Positions 35,388-43,912 of a DNA stretch of 47,871 nucleotides are shown piece by piece. Origin of the DNA: Bacteroidales bacterium UBA1751 (GTDB lineage Bacteria; Bacteroidota; Bacteroidia; Bacteroidales; UBA932); contig DCHN01000072.1 of the NCBI GenBank assembly GCA_002315995.1, forward strand, positions 1-47,871, in the 5' to 3' direction. Numbering within the stretch: the stretch's first letter is position 1; the number at the start of each line of letters is the position of its first letter. The translations under genes and the position numbers were made by a program. The notes beneath the pieces were generated by a model. That model saw only the letters and a list, made by a program, of their open reading frames with translations. It was not told the origin of the DNA and searched no databases.

Positions 35388-37760
35388 CTAAAAATCCATA
35401 AAGAGATCGTCAGATGAATTCCGTTTCATATCCTCGTCTCCACCACTGCAGTTGAGGTTCACATCGAATCCCTGCGGAGGAGTGAAAGTGTCATTCTTGG
35501 TTACACCCAAAGTGCCATTCTCAAGCACCTTCTTCATGAAGATGCCCCATATAGGGAGAGCAACATTGGAGCCTCCTCCCAATGCAAGACCGGAGAAGTG
35601 CACCTGCCTGTCCTCGGCACCCACCCAGACTCCGGCTGTAAGCCTTGGAGTGTAGCCTATGAACCATCCGTCGCTCTGGTCATTGGTTGTTCCGGTCTTT
35701 CCGGCAACTGCACCTTCAGGAACATACAGGGCACGTACTCTGTACGCCGTTCCGGAATTGATGACGCCCTCCATAAGATTCACCATAAGGAATGCAGCCT
35801 TCTCGCTTATTGCCTCACGTTTCTTTGGAGTGAAGGTGGCCAGTACGTTCCCATTCTTGTCCTCTATTCTGAGCACCGCAAGAGGTTCTGCATATACACC
35901 TCTTCCAGGGAAGGTATTGAAGGCACTCACCATCTCAATTACAGGCACATCCGCCGATCCTACACAGAGTGAAGGAACAGGGTCGAGCCAACACTTGACA
36001 CCCATGTTATGAGCCATGTTAACAAGCGCCTGAGGATCGAACTGCTTCATAAGATATGCCGAAATGTTGTTGGAGCTCTTGGTAAGTCCCCATTTGAGGG
36101 TTACAGTCTGACCTATCCACTCAGGTTTGTCAGTACTCTTCGGAGTCCAGACATCCTCTCCTATTATGAATGACTGAGGAATGTTCACAACACGGTCACA
36201 AGGGGTGAAACCCTCCTGCATTGCCAGAGTGTAGAGGAATGGCTTGAACGTTGAACCAACCTGCCTCTTGCCCTGCTTTACCTGATCATATTTGAAGTAG
36301 CGGTAGTTTCCATTGCCAACATAAGCCTTTATGTATCCCGTTTCAGGCTCAAGAGCCAGGAACGCAGCACGCAGAAATGATTTGTAATAAAGAATGGAGT
36401 CGGTAGGAGTCATAACAGTGTCAATGAATCCCTGCTGATTCCAGGCAAAGACCCTCATCTTCACAGGAGTTGCAAATATCTTGTCTACCTCCTCAGTTGA
36501 AGGCATCTTTATATCTCCCCTATCGGCCGCAGCCTTAATTGACATGTAGCGGTCACTCCACCTGCGGGCATTCTTCATTATTCTCTCTATGACATCCTTT
36601 GGAACGGAGTTGTCAAAAGGTCTGTTGTTCTTCCACTTCAGCTCCCTGTTCAATGCCGGCTGCAATGTATTTGAAAGATGCTCCACAACAGCCTCCTGAG
36701 CATACTGCTGCATCTTTGCATTAATTGGAGTGTATATCTTCAGACCATCCTTGTCAAGATTGTATTTGCTCCCGTCAGGCTTGAGATTCTTGTTTAACCA
36801 ACCATAAAGCGGGTCTGTTTCCCAGAGAAGAGAGTCAGCACGGAAGTCCGCATCGTTACTGTAACTCTTCCTCTTTGGTTTTGAGGCGCTCATGGTTCTC
36901 TTGAGCATATCCCTGAAGTGCGGGGCAAGGCCGGAGTTGTGATCCATCTGGGTATAATTCAACTCTATTGGGAGTTTCACAAGCGAATCATACTGTTCAC
37001 GGGTAATGAAATCGTACTTGCGCATCTGCTTGAGCACGTGGTTCCTTCTTCCCAGCGAGAGGTCAGGATTCCTTACCGGATTATACCTTGTTGGCATATT
37101 CACCATTCCAACAAGCAGCGCACTCTCCTGAATGTTGAGCTCCAATGGAAGCTTACCGAAGAATGTTTCGCTTGCTGCTCGTATTCCATAAGCATTGCTG
37201 CCAAAGAATACGGCATTGAAGTACATGCTCATAATCTCCTCCTTGGTATAGTTCCTCTCAAGTTTCACCGCCGTTATCCACTCCTTGAACTTGTTGCCTG
37301 CAAGAACAAAATATTTGGCACCAGGGAAGGAGTAGCTTGCCGTGTCCCTCGGGAAGAGTGACTTTGCAAGCTGCTGTGTTATGGTACTTCCACCGCCACC
37401 ACCGGTACGGTTGCCCATAAGTAGACTCTTGACCATAACCCTGAGAAGACTCTTGCCGTCAATTCCACTGTGCTTGTAGAAACGCACATCCTCTGTTGCA
37501 ACAAGAGCATCCTTCAAATAGGGCGAAAGTTGGTCATATGTAGTATATGAACGGTTCTCTATATGAAAAGTGGTGAGCACGCTTCCATCGTCGGCAATAA
37601 TCTGTGTTGCCAACTTGCTTTTCGGATCCTCAAGTTCCTCAAATGAGGGGATTCTTCCGAACAACGAAACTATAAGAAGGGCTAAGAGAATAAAAGCAAC
37701 TGGAGCAAAAGCTATGGCCCAAATCCACTTAACCGCTGATTTTCTTTTAGTTATTTCCAT
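35388..37760 (-). CDS. Class A penicillin-binding protein (PBP1A-type bifunctional glycosyltransferase/transpeptidase)
   Basis: N-terminal TM anchor. GT51 motifs ATEDVRFYKHSGID and GGSTITQQLAK. Transpeptidase motifs STFKPF and KTGTTND. Confidence 0.93.
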   Translation of the reverse strand: MEITKRKSAVKWIWAIAFAPVAFILLALLIVSLFGRIPSFEELEDPKSKLATQIIADDGSVLTTFHIENRSYTTYDQLSPYLKDALVATEDVRFYKHSGIDGKSLLRVMVKSLLMGNRTGGGGGSTITQQLAKSLFPRDTASYSFPGAKYFVLAGNKFKEWITAVKLERNYTKEEIMSMYFNAVFFGSNAYGIRAASETFFGKLPLELNIQESALLVGMVNMPTRYNPVRNPDLSLGRRNHVLKQMRKYDFITREQYDSLVKLPIELNYTQMDHNSGLAPHFRDMLKRTMSASKPKRKSYSNDADFRADSLLWETDPLYGWLNKNLKPDGSKYNLDKDGLKIYTPINAKMQQYAQEAVVEHLSNTLQPALNRELKWKNNRPFDNSVPKDVIERIMKNARRWSDRYMSIKAAADRGDIKMPSTEEVDKIFATPVKMRVFAWNQQGFIDTVMTPTDSILYYKSFLRAAFLALEPETGYIKAYVGNGNYRYFKYDQVKQGKRQVGSTFKPFLYTLAMQEGFTPCDRVVNIPQSFIIGEDVWTPKSTDKPEWIGQTVTLKWGLTKSSNNISAYLMKQFDPQALVNMAHNMGVKCWLDPVPSLCVGSADVPVIEMVSAFNTFPGRGVYAEPLAVLRIEDKNGNVLATFTPKKREAISEKAAFLMVNLMEGVINSGTAYRVRALYVPEGAVAGKTGTTNDQSDGWFIGYTPRLTAGVWVGAEDRQVHFSGLALGGGSNVALPIWGIFMKKVLENGTLGVTKNDTFTPPQGFDVNLNCSGGDEDMKRNSSDDLFMDF

Positions 37761-37825
37761 TTCAAATTATCATGTTTTTGCGAAAAATTCTACGATTTTC
37801 CGCCCGTTTTCCGTAAAAATTTGCA

Positions 37826-37833
37826 CAAAAATA
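37826..37833 (-). promoter_or_regulatory. -7 promoter box TATTTTTG for the PBP1A-ddl-prmC string
   Basis: The minus strand reads AGTATTTTTGTGC. It lies ~65 nt upstream of the ATG at 37760 and is back-to-back with the topA box 5 nt away. Confidence 0.45.
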
Positions 37834-37838
37834 CTAAA

Positions 37839-37846
37839 TATATTTG
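37839..37846 (+). promoter_or_regulatory. -7 promoter box TATATTTG for topA
   Basis: Perfect TAnnTTTG, ~50 nt upstream of the ATG at 37898. Confidence 0.45.
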
Positions 37847-37897
37847 CATAATAACACATATATGCTGTTACTTTGCAGCTTCAAGAAAGAAAAGTGT

Positions 37898-40249
37898 ATG
37901 AGCGAAAATTTAGTGATTGTTGAGTCTCCGGCCAAAGCCAAAACCATTGAAAAATTCCTTGGAAAAGGATATACCGTAAAATCGAGTTTTGGACATATCA
38001 GAGACCTCTCCAAGAAGAAGTTGGGAATAGACATAGAGAATGGTTTTGAGCCAGACTACGAAATATCGGCGGACAAGAAGAGGGTTGTGAGCGAACTCAA
38101 GTCGCTTGCCACAGATGCAAAGACTGTATGGCTGGCATCCGATGAAGACCGCGAAGGAGAGGCAATTGCATGGCATCTCTTCCACACCCTGGGACTCAAG
38201 GATGAGTCCACAAAGCGAATAGCATTCCACGAAATAACCAAGAGCGCAATTCTTGCCGCAATTGACAACCCACGCAAAATTGACATGGACCTTGTAAAGG
38301 CACAGCAGGCCAGAAGGGTTCTTGACAGGCTGGTTGGTTTTGAACTATCGCCGGTGCTGTGGAAAAAGGTGGCGCCGAAGCTGTCGGCAGGCAGGGTGCA
38401 GTCAGTTGCCGTAAAACTCATTGTTGAACGTGAACGCGAAATACAGGCATTCAGCAGCGAGACCTATTTCAAAGCGAGCGCAATATTCCACCCAAGGAAG
38501 GAGAGGGCTTCGGTAAAATTCAATGCGTTGGCCGAGGCAAAGTTCGAGGGGGAGAAGGAGGCTGTTGATTTCCTTGAAAGATGCAACGGAGCGGAGTTCA
38601 CCCTTCTTGGAAGAGAGACCAGAGAGAGCGAAAAGTCACCTGCACCACCATTCACAACATCCCTGCTCCAGCAGGAGGCATCGCGCAAACTGGGATTCAC
38701 CGTTTCCCAGACCATGATGATAGCTCAACGCCTCTATGAGAGCGGTCTCATTACATATATGAGAACCGATTCAACCAACCTCTCATCACTGGCAATTAAT
38801 ACAATAAAGGAGGTAATCACCTCAACATACGGGGCTGAATATTCGAAACCACGCCAGTATAGGACAAAGAGCATGGGGGCACAGGAGGCGCATGAAGCCA
38901 TAAGACCCACATACGTTGCAAACACCTCAATAGAGGGCACAGCGCAAGAGAAGAAACTCTATGAACTCATCTGGAAAAGGGCCGTTGCCTCACAGATGTC
39001 CAATGCAAAAGTTGAGAAAACCACACTTACAATAGGAGCCATTGGTGTTGAAGAGAAATTCATAAGCACAGGGGAGCAGATTCTATTCCCTGGATTCCTC
39101 AAGGTTTACCTGGAGGGAAAGGACGATGAGAATGTCTCCATTGACGAAAACCAGATTATTCCTCCGGTTGAAACAGGTGACGCAATGGATGCTGTAAAAA
39201 TCATTGCTGCACAGAAATATACTCAGAAGCCTCAGCGCTACTCCGAAGCATCGCTGGTAAAGAAAATGGAGGAACTTGGAATAGGAAGGCCTTCAACATA
39301 TGCACCTACCATTACAACCATAATTCAGAGAGGATACATCTCAAGGGAGAGCCGCCCGGCAATGCAGAGGGCCATTTTAAGCTTCACCCTCAAGGGTGGT
39401 ACCATTTCAAGGGAAGAGAGCATTGAGAACTACGGAGCAGAGAAGAACAAACTTTTCCCTCAGGATATTGGCATTCTTGTTACGGACTACCTTCAGGCCA
39501 ATTTCAAGGACATTCTCGACTACGGCTTCACCGCCAACGTTGAGGAGGACTTTGACAAGGTGGCATGCGGCAAGTTGGTTTGGAATAAGATGATACAGAA
39601 CTTCTACAAAGATTTCCACAAAGAGGTTGAGAGTTCAATGTCAGATACCGACCATGCCCACTCCGAGAGAGTTCTCGGCACAGATCCTGCATCCGGCAAG
39701 ACAATCATAGCCCGTCTTGGAAAGTTCGGTCCTCTGGTGCAGAAGGGTGCAAACGATGACCCCCAGAAACAGTTCGCTCCGCTTCCAGCCGGCCAGCTTA
39801 TAGGCTCAATTACCCTTGACGCAGCGCTCAAACTCTTTGCTCTCCCGCGCTTGGTAGGGTCATATCAGGGAAAGGAGATAATTGCTTCAGTGGGAAGATT
39901 CGGACCATACATCAAGTTCAATGGGGGTTTCATATCAATTCCAAAGGAACTGAGCCCATATACAATTTCTCTCGAAGAGGCAATAAAGGTCATAGAGAGC
40001 CACAACAACAAGGAGCAGGCAAAACATATTGCGCAATTTCCTGAAATAGGTGCGGAGATTCTCAACGGACGCTTCGGACCTTACATCAAATACTCCGGGG
40101 CACCTGTTAACGGCAAGGAGTATGCCCAGGGAAACTATAAGATTGCAAAGGGAACTGATGCATCTTCCATTACGGTTGATGATTGCAAAAAGATAATAAT
40201 GGAAGGAACCCCTGCAAGTTCAGGGAAAAGGTTCACAAGAAAAAAATGA
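37898..40249 (+). CDS. topA: DNA topoisomerase I
   Basis: The Toprim N-terminus MSENLVIVESPAKAKTIEKFLGKGY starts at the ATG at 37898. The track's start at 37844 adds 18 non-conserved residues. DEDREGEAIAWH. Active-site region GLITYMRTDS. 783 aa. Confidence 0.95.
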   Translation: MSENLVIVESPAKAKTIEKFLGKGYTVKSSFGHIRDLSKKKLGIDIENGFEPDYEISADKKRVVSELKSLATDAKTVWLASDEDREGEAIAWHLFHTLGLKDESTKRIAFHEITKSAILAAIDNPRKIDMDLVKAQQARRVLDRLVGFELSPVLWKKVAPKLSAGRVQSVAVKLIVEREREIQAFSSETYFKASAIFHPRKERASVKFNALAEAKFEGEKEAVDFLERCNGAEFTLLGRETRESEKSPAPPFTTSLLQQEASRKLGFTVSQTMMIAQRLYESGLITYMRTDSTNLSSLAINTIKEVITSTYGAEYSKPRQYRTKSMGAQEAHEAIRPTYVANTSIEGTAQEKKLYELIWKRAVASQMSNAKVEKTTLTIGAIGVEEKFISTGEQILFPGFLKVYLEGKDDENVSIDENQIIPPVETGDAMDAVKIIAAQKYTQKPQRYSEASLVKKMEELGIGRPSTYAPTITTIIQRGYISRESRPAMQRAILSFTLKGGTISREESIENYGAEKNKLFPQDIGILVTDYLQANFKDILDYGFTANVEEDFDKVACGKLVWNKMIQNFYKDFHKEVESSMSDTDHAHSERVLGTDPASGKTIIARLGKFGPLVQKGANDDPQKQFAPLPAGQLIGSITLDAALKLFALPRLVGSYQGKEIIASVGRFGPYIKFNGGFISIPKELSPYTISLEEAIKVIESHNNKEQAKHIAQFPEIGAEILNGRFGPYIKYSGAPVNGKEYAQGNYKIAKGTDASSITVDDCKKIIMEGTPASSGKRFTRKK

Positions 40250-40274
40250 AGTAGAATAACTAAAATATACTACC

Positions 40275-40775
40275 ATGCCAAAGTATCATATTGATGACAT
40301 TGACCAGAAGATTCTCGCATTTTTGGTAAAGAATGCAAGGATGCCTTTTCTGGAAATTGCAAGGGAATGCAACGTTTCCGGTGCTGCAATACACCAGAGA
40401 GTCAAGAAGATGGAGAGCCTGGGTATCATTACAGGATCAAGACTTCTTGTTAAACCTCAGACTCTTGGATTGGACGTATGTGCCTTTGTTCAGGTTCAGC
40501 TCTCCGAGTCCAACCACTATCCAGATGTAGTTGAGGCGCTCAGACAGATTCCTGAAGTTGTTGAGTGTCATTTTGTAACTGGAAAGTATGCCCTTCTCAT
40601 AAAGATGTACTGCCGCGACCATGACCATCTTATGAAGGTGCTCATCAATACCATTCAGTACATTCCTCACATTCAGCAGACCGAAACACTCATCTCCCTT
40701 GACCAGGCTATTGAAAGGCAGGTTTGGGTAAAGGAGTTCCCTGATGACAAATCAAAGGGAAAGCATAGCAAATAG
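40275..40775 (+). CDS. Lrp/AsnC-family transcriptional regulator
   Basis: N-terminal HTH DIDQKILAFLVKNARMPFLEIARECNVSGAAIHQRVKKMESLGII, followed by an RAM/ACT-like effector domain. 166 aa. Confidence 0.9.
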   Translation: MPKYHIDDIDQKILAFLVKNARMPFLEIARECNVSGAAIHQRVKKMESLGIITGSRLLVKPQTLGLDVCAFVQVQLSESNHYPDVVEALRQIPEVVECHFVTGKYALLIKMYCRDHDHLMKVLINTIQYIPHIQQTETLISLDQAIERQVWVKEFPDDKSKGKHSK

Positions 40776-41447
40776 CTGACCTATTTCCATATCTTCGGGT
40801 GTCGTTATCTTTATGTTATAACGACTGCCCGGTGATGTTGTGACATGCATCCCGGCGCTCTCCACAACAGACGCGTCATCAGTAAAGAGCTGATTGTAGG
40901 GCTGAGAATATGCTTTTTTAAGAGAAGAGAGGTCAAATAGTTGTGGTGTCTGCACAAACATATACTCTTTTCTGTCTACCGCGCGTGTCATACAACTTTC
41001 ATGGCAAACGACTCTCATTGATTCCACTGCCGGCATAACCGGAATCACCCCTACCGTTCCAGAAGCTACGTCCAAAGCGGTTGCCTGCTCAAACATGGAA
41101 CGTATCATTAATGGAGGCACAAAAGGCCGGACTCCATCGTGTATTGCAACAATACCACTTCCTTTTATTGTGTTCAAAGCATTCTGTACAGAGTGGAATC
41201 TTGTAAGCCCACCCTCCACAAGCGTATGCTTTTTTGTAATGAAGTGCTTCAAACAGTACTCCTTCCATATCTCCCTGCCTGAAGCAGGCAGTACCATAAT
41301 AATCTCAGCATCAGGAATGGCTTTTGAGAAGATTTCAAAAGTCATATGAAGAATGGCCTTGCCATTTATCTCCATGAACTGCTTGGCAACAGGGCCTCCC
41401 ATACGGCTCCCACTTCCTCCAGCTGTAATAATAATATATTTTTTCAT
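40752..41447 (-). CDS. ispD: 2-C-methyl-D-erythritol 4-phosphate cytidylyltransferase
   Basis: The N-terminal motif MKKYIIITAGGSGSRMGG starts at 41447. The 73 residues upstream in the track ORF are non-homologous read-through across the mreB promoter region. IAIHDGVRPF and the FTDDAS motif are present. Confidence 0.9.
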   Translation of the reverse strand: MKKYIIITAGGSGSRMGGPVAKQFMEINGKAILHMTFEIFSKAIPDAEIIMVLPASGREIWKEYCLKHFITKKHTLVEGGLTRFHSVQNALNTIKGSGIVAIHDGVRPFVPPLMIRSMFEQATALDVASGTVGVIPVMPAVESMRVVCHESCMTRAVDRKEYMFVQTPQLFDLSSLKKAYSQPYNQLFTDDASVVESAGMHVTTSPGSRYNIKITTPEDMEIGQLFAMLSL

Positions 41448-41485
41448 ACTCCCATTCATATTGTAAAAATAGAAAAAATTATTTC

Positions 41486-41493
41486 TAAATTTG
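41486..41493 (+). promoter_or_regulatory. -7 promoter box TAAATTTG for the mreBCD-mrdA-rodA operon
   Basis: Perfect TAnnTTTG, ~28 nt upstream of the mreB ATG at 41521. Confidence 0.5.
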
Positions 41494-41520
41494 CAGTTTA
41501 AACAAACATCATCAATTAAT

Positions 41521-42537
41521 ATGGCATTTTCGTTTTTGACGCAGGAGTTGGCCGTTGATTTGGGTACAGCCAACACCGTAATTTTTATGAATGACAAGAT
41601 TGTGGTTGATGAGCCGTCAATTGTTGCTTTTGACCAGAAAACCGACAGACCTATAGCTGTTGGCAATCAGGCACGCATGATGTATGAAAAGACTAATCCC
41701 AACATACGTACGGTACGTCCACTGAAAGATGGAGTAATTGCAGACTTCGACGCAGCAGAGCAGATGATAAGGGGCTTTGTGAAGATGATAAACAAGAGCA
41801 GAAGACTCTTTGCCCCAAGCTTGAAAATGGTAATATGCATACCTTCAGGAAGTACTGAAGTTGAGAGAAGGGCTGTACGTGACTCTTCAGAACATGCAGG
41901 AAGCAAAGAGGTTCATATCATATTCGAACCTATGGCCGCAGCACTTGGAATAGGCCTTGACGTCATGGCTCCTTTCGGTAATATGATTGTTGATATTGGA
42001 GGCGGTACAGCCGAAATAGCTGTAATTTCACTCGGCGGAATAGTATGTTCAGAGAGCATACGTGTTGCCGGTGACGTTTTCACCAGTGACATCCAGCAGT
42101 ATATGAGGCAGCAACACAACCTGAGGGTTGGTGAAAGGTCTGCCGAGCAGATAAAGATTTCAGTAGGTGCAGCAACTGCAGATCTTGATGAGATTCCTGA
42201 ACCATACATTGTAAAGGGACCTAACATCATGACCTCCCGCCCTATTGAGGTTGCCGTTACCAGCCAGGAAATTGCACACTGCCTTAACAAGTCAATTGAA
42301 AAGATAGAGGCTTCCATTCTTAACGTGCTTGAGCAGACACCTCCTGAACTCTATGCCGACATAGTTTCAAAGGGTATCTTCCTTACAGGCGGCGGTGCAT
42401 TGCTTAAAGGAATAGACAAGAGATTCAGTGAGAAGATGAACATTCCGTTCCATATTGCAGAGAATCCGCTGAAGGCCGTTGCAAGAGGAACAAGCCTCGC
42501 CCTGAAAAACCTGGATTATCCTTTCCTTATGGGATAA
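41521..42537 (+). CDS. mreB: Rod-shape-determining actin homolog MreB
   Basis: ELAVDLGTANTVIF..., DEPSIVA, RPLKDGVIADF and VDIGGGTAEIAVISLGG are canonical MreB. The ATG at 41521 gives 338 aa. Confidence 0.96.
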   Translation: MAFSFLTQELAVDLGTANTVIFMNDKIVVDEPSIVAFDQKTDRPIAVGNQARMMYEKTNPNIRTVRPLKDGVIADFDAAEQMIRGFVKMINKSRRLFAPSLKMVICIPSGSTEVERRAVRDSSEHAGSKEVHIIFEPMAAALGIGLDVMAPFGNMIVDIGGGTAEIAVISLGGIVCSESIRVAGDVFTSDIQQYMRQQHNLRVGERSAEQIKISVGAATADLDEIPEPYIVKGPNIMTSRPIEVAVTSQEIAHCLNKSIEKIEASILNVLEQTPPELYADIVSKGIFLTGGGALLKGIDKRFSEKMNIPFHIAENPLKAVARGTSLALKNLDYPFLMG

Positions 42538-42545
42538 ACGTATAA

Positions 42546-43409
42546 ATGCAGATACTACCTCCTTTTTTCTCCAGAATAGGAAAACTTATCATATTCCTCC
42601 TTATTGAAGCCACCTGCTTTTATCTGGTTTCCAACAATGGAGTAATTCAGCGTTATGTCCTTCCAAGTAAAATAAGGGATATTCAGAAGAGCGCTTGGGA
42701 AAAAAGAAGCAATGTAATATCATTCTTCAATCTTTACACGGTAAACGATTCACTGGCGAAGCTCAATGCCAGGCTTATTACAAAGAATGCGCTGCTCTCA
42801 TCAAAGGTTGCGCGACTTGAGCATATGCTCAGTGGGGGCGATTCAGCCCTCTTTGCGCTTGACAGTTGCAACGAATTCAGATTCAAAGCTGTACGTGTAA
42901 TCCGCAACTCCGTGAACTCCACACACAACTATATTGTAATAGACAAAGGGCGCAAAGATGGTATTGGAGAGAATATGGGCGTGATTACTACCAACGGCGT
43001 TATTGGCTCAGTAAGGGCTGTTTCAGACAACTGCGCACTTGTGCTCTCATTCCTTAACAGCAACCAGACATATAGTGCCAGAATAGGCAACAAGGGTGCG
43101 TTCGGGCCGCTGAGATGGGGAGGTGGAGCAGTTGACGAGGCCTTTCTCTCTGAAATGCCGCAACACATTGAGATAAATCAGGGGGACACAGTTTATACCA
43201 GCGGTTTCTCATCTCTTTATCCAGGTGGCATTCCGGTTGGCAGAGTTGAATCGTGGGAGATTAACGATGGCGCCCATAAGATTGCAAAGGTCAAGCTCTT
43301 CCTTGATTTCAGCAGACTTAACTTTGCATACGTTGTGTCAAACAAATTCAGTAAGGAGATTGACACCCTTATTGAGAGCTCCAAACATATAACAGAACCA
43401 GAAGTATGA
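42546..43409 (+). CDS. mreC: Rod-shape-determining protein MreC
   Basis: N-terminal TM segment, coiled-coil, then beta-barrel motifs GVITTNGVIGSVRAVS... and GDTVYTSGFSSLYPGGIPVGRV. Position directly after mreB. Confidence 0.9.
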   Translation: MQILPPFFSRIGKLIIFLLIEATCFYLVSNNGVIQRYVLPSKIRDIQKSAWEKRSNVISFFNLYTVNDSLAKLNARLITKNALLSSKVARLEHMLSGGDSALFALDSCNEFRFKAVRVIRNSVNSTHNYIVIDKGRKDGIGENMGVITTNGVIGSVRAVSDNCALVLSFLNSNQTYSARIGNKGAFGPLRWGGGAVDEAFLSEMPQHIEINQGDTVYTSGFSSLYPGGIPVGRVESWEINDGAHKIAKVKLFLDFSRLNFAYVVSNKFSKEIDTLIESSKHITEPEV

Positions 43410-43912
43410 ATTCCGTAAAAATAGCAGTATTTGCCATAGTTCTTATACTGTTTCAGATTCTTCTGAACGGTATCCTGGCTCTTGTGCCCTATATCAATAT
43501 CATTATTCTACCAATCATACTCATAATAATCCCTTCAAACGTAAAGAGCGTGATGTGTATGCTCTATGCGTTTGCTGCAGGAATATGCGTTGATTACCTC
43601 TCCGACGGAGTAATTGGTCTGAATGCTGCAGCAATGGTGGCCGTTGCCTTTGCAAGGGAGTTTATCTTCAAGCTTGTTCTTGGAAGAGGACAGTTCAATG
43701 AGCATATGACATACAACATGCGCATTAAAACGGGCCAGTATCTCATAATAAATCTGTTTGTCTATTCTCTATGGTTTGCAATATATCAATATTTGGATGA
43801 TGTAATGTCATACAGAATATCGGTACAGTTAATCCGTTTTCTTATAAATGTTGTTGTAAACTCCGCTCTTGCCGTTGCACTGGAGATTATTATTGACAAG
43901 GAGATGAAATGA
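43406..43912 (+). CDS. mreD: Rod-shape-determining protein MreD
   Basis: 168-aa polytopic membrane protein. Its ATGA start overlaps the mreC stop, and its stop overlaps the mrdA start. Canonical position. Confidence 0.8.
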   Translation: MNSVKIAVFAIVLILFQILLNGILALVPYINIIILPIILIIIPSNVKSVMCMLYAFAAGICVDYLSDGVIGLNAAAMVAVAFAREFIFKLVLGRGQFNEHMTYNMRIKTGQYLIINLFVYSLWFAIYQYLDDVMSYRISVQLIRFLINVVVNSALAVALEIIIDKEMK

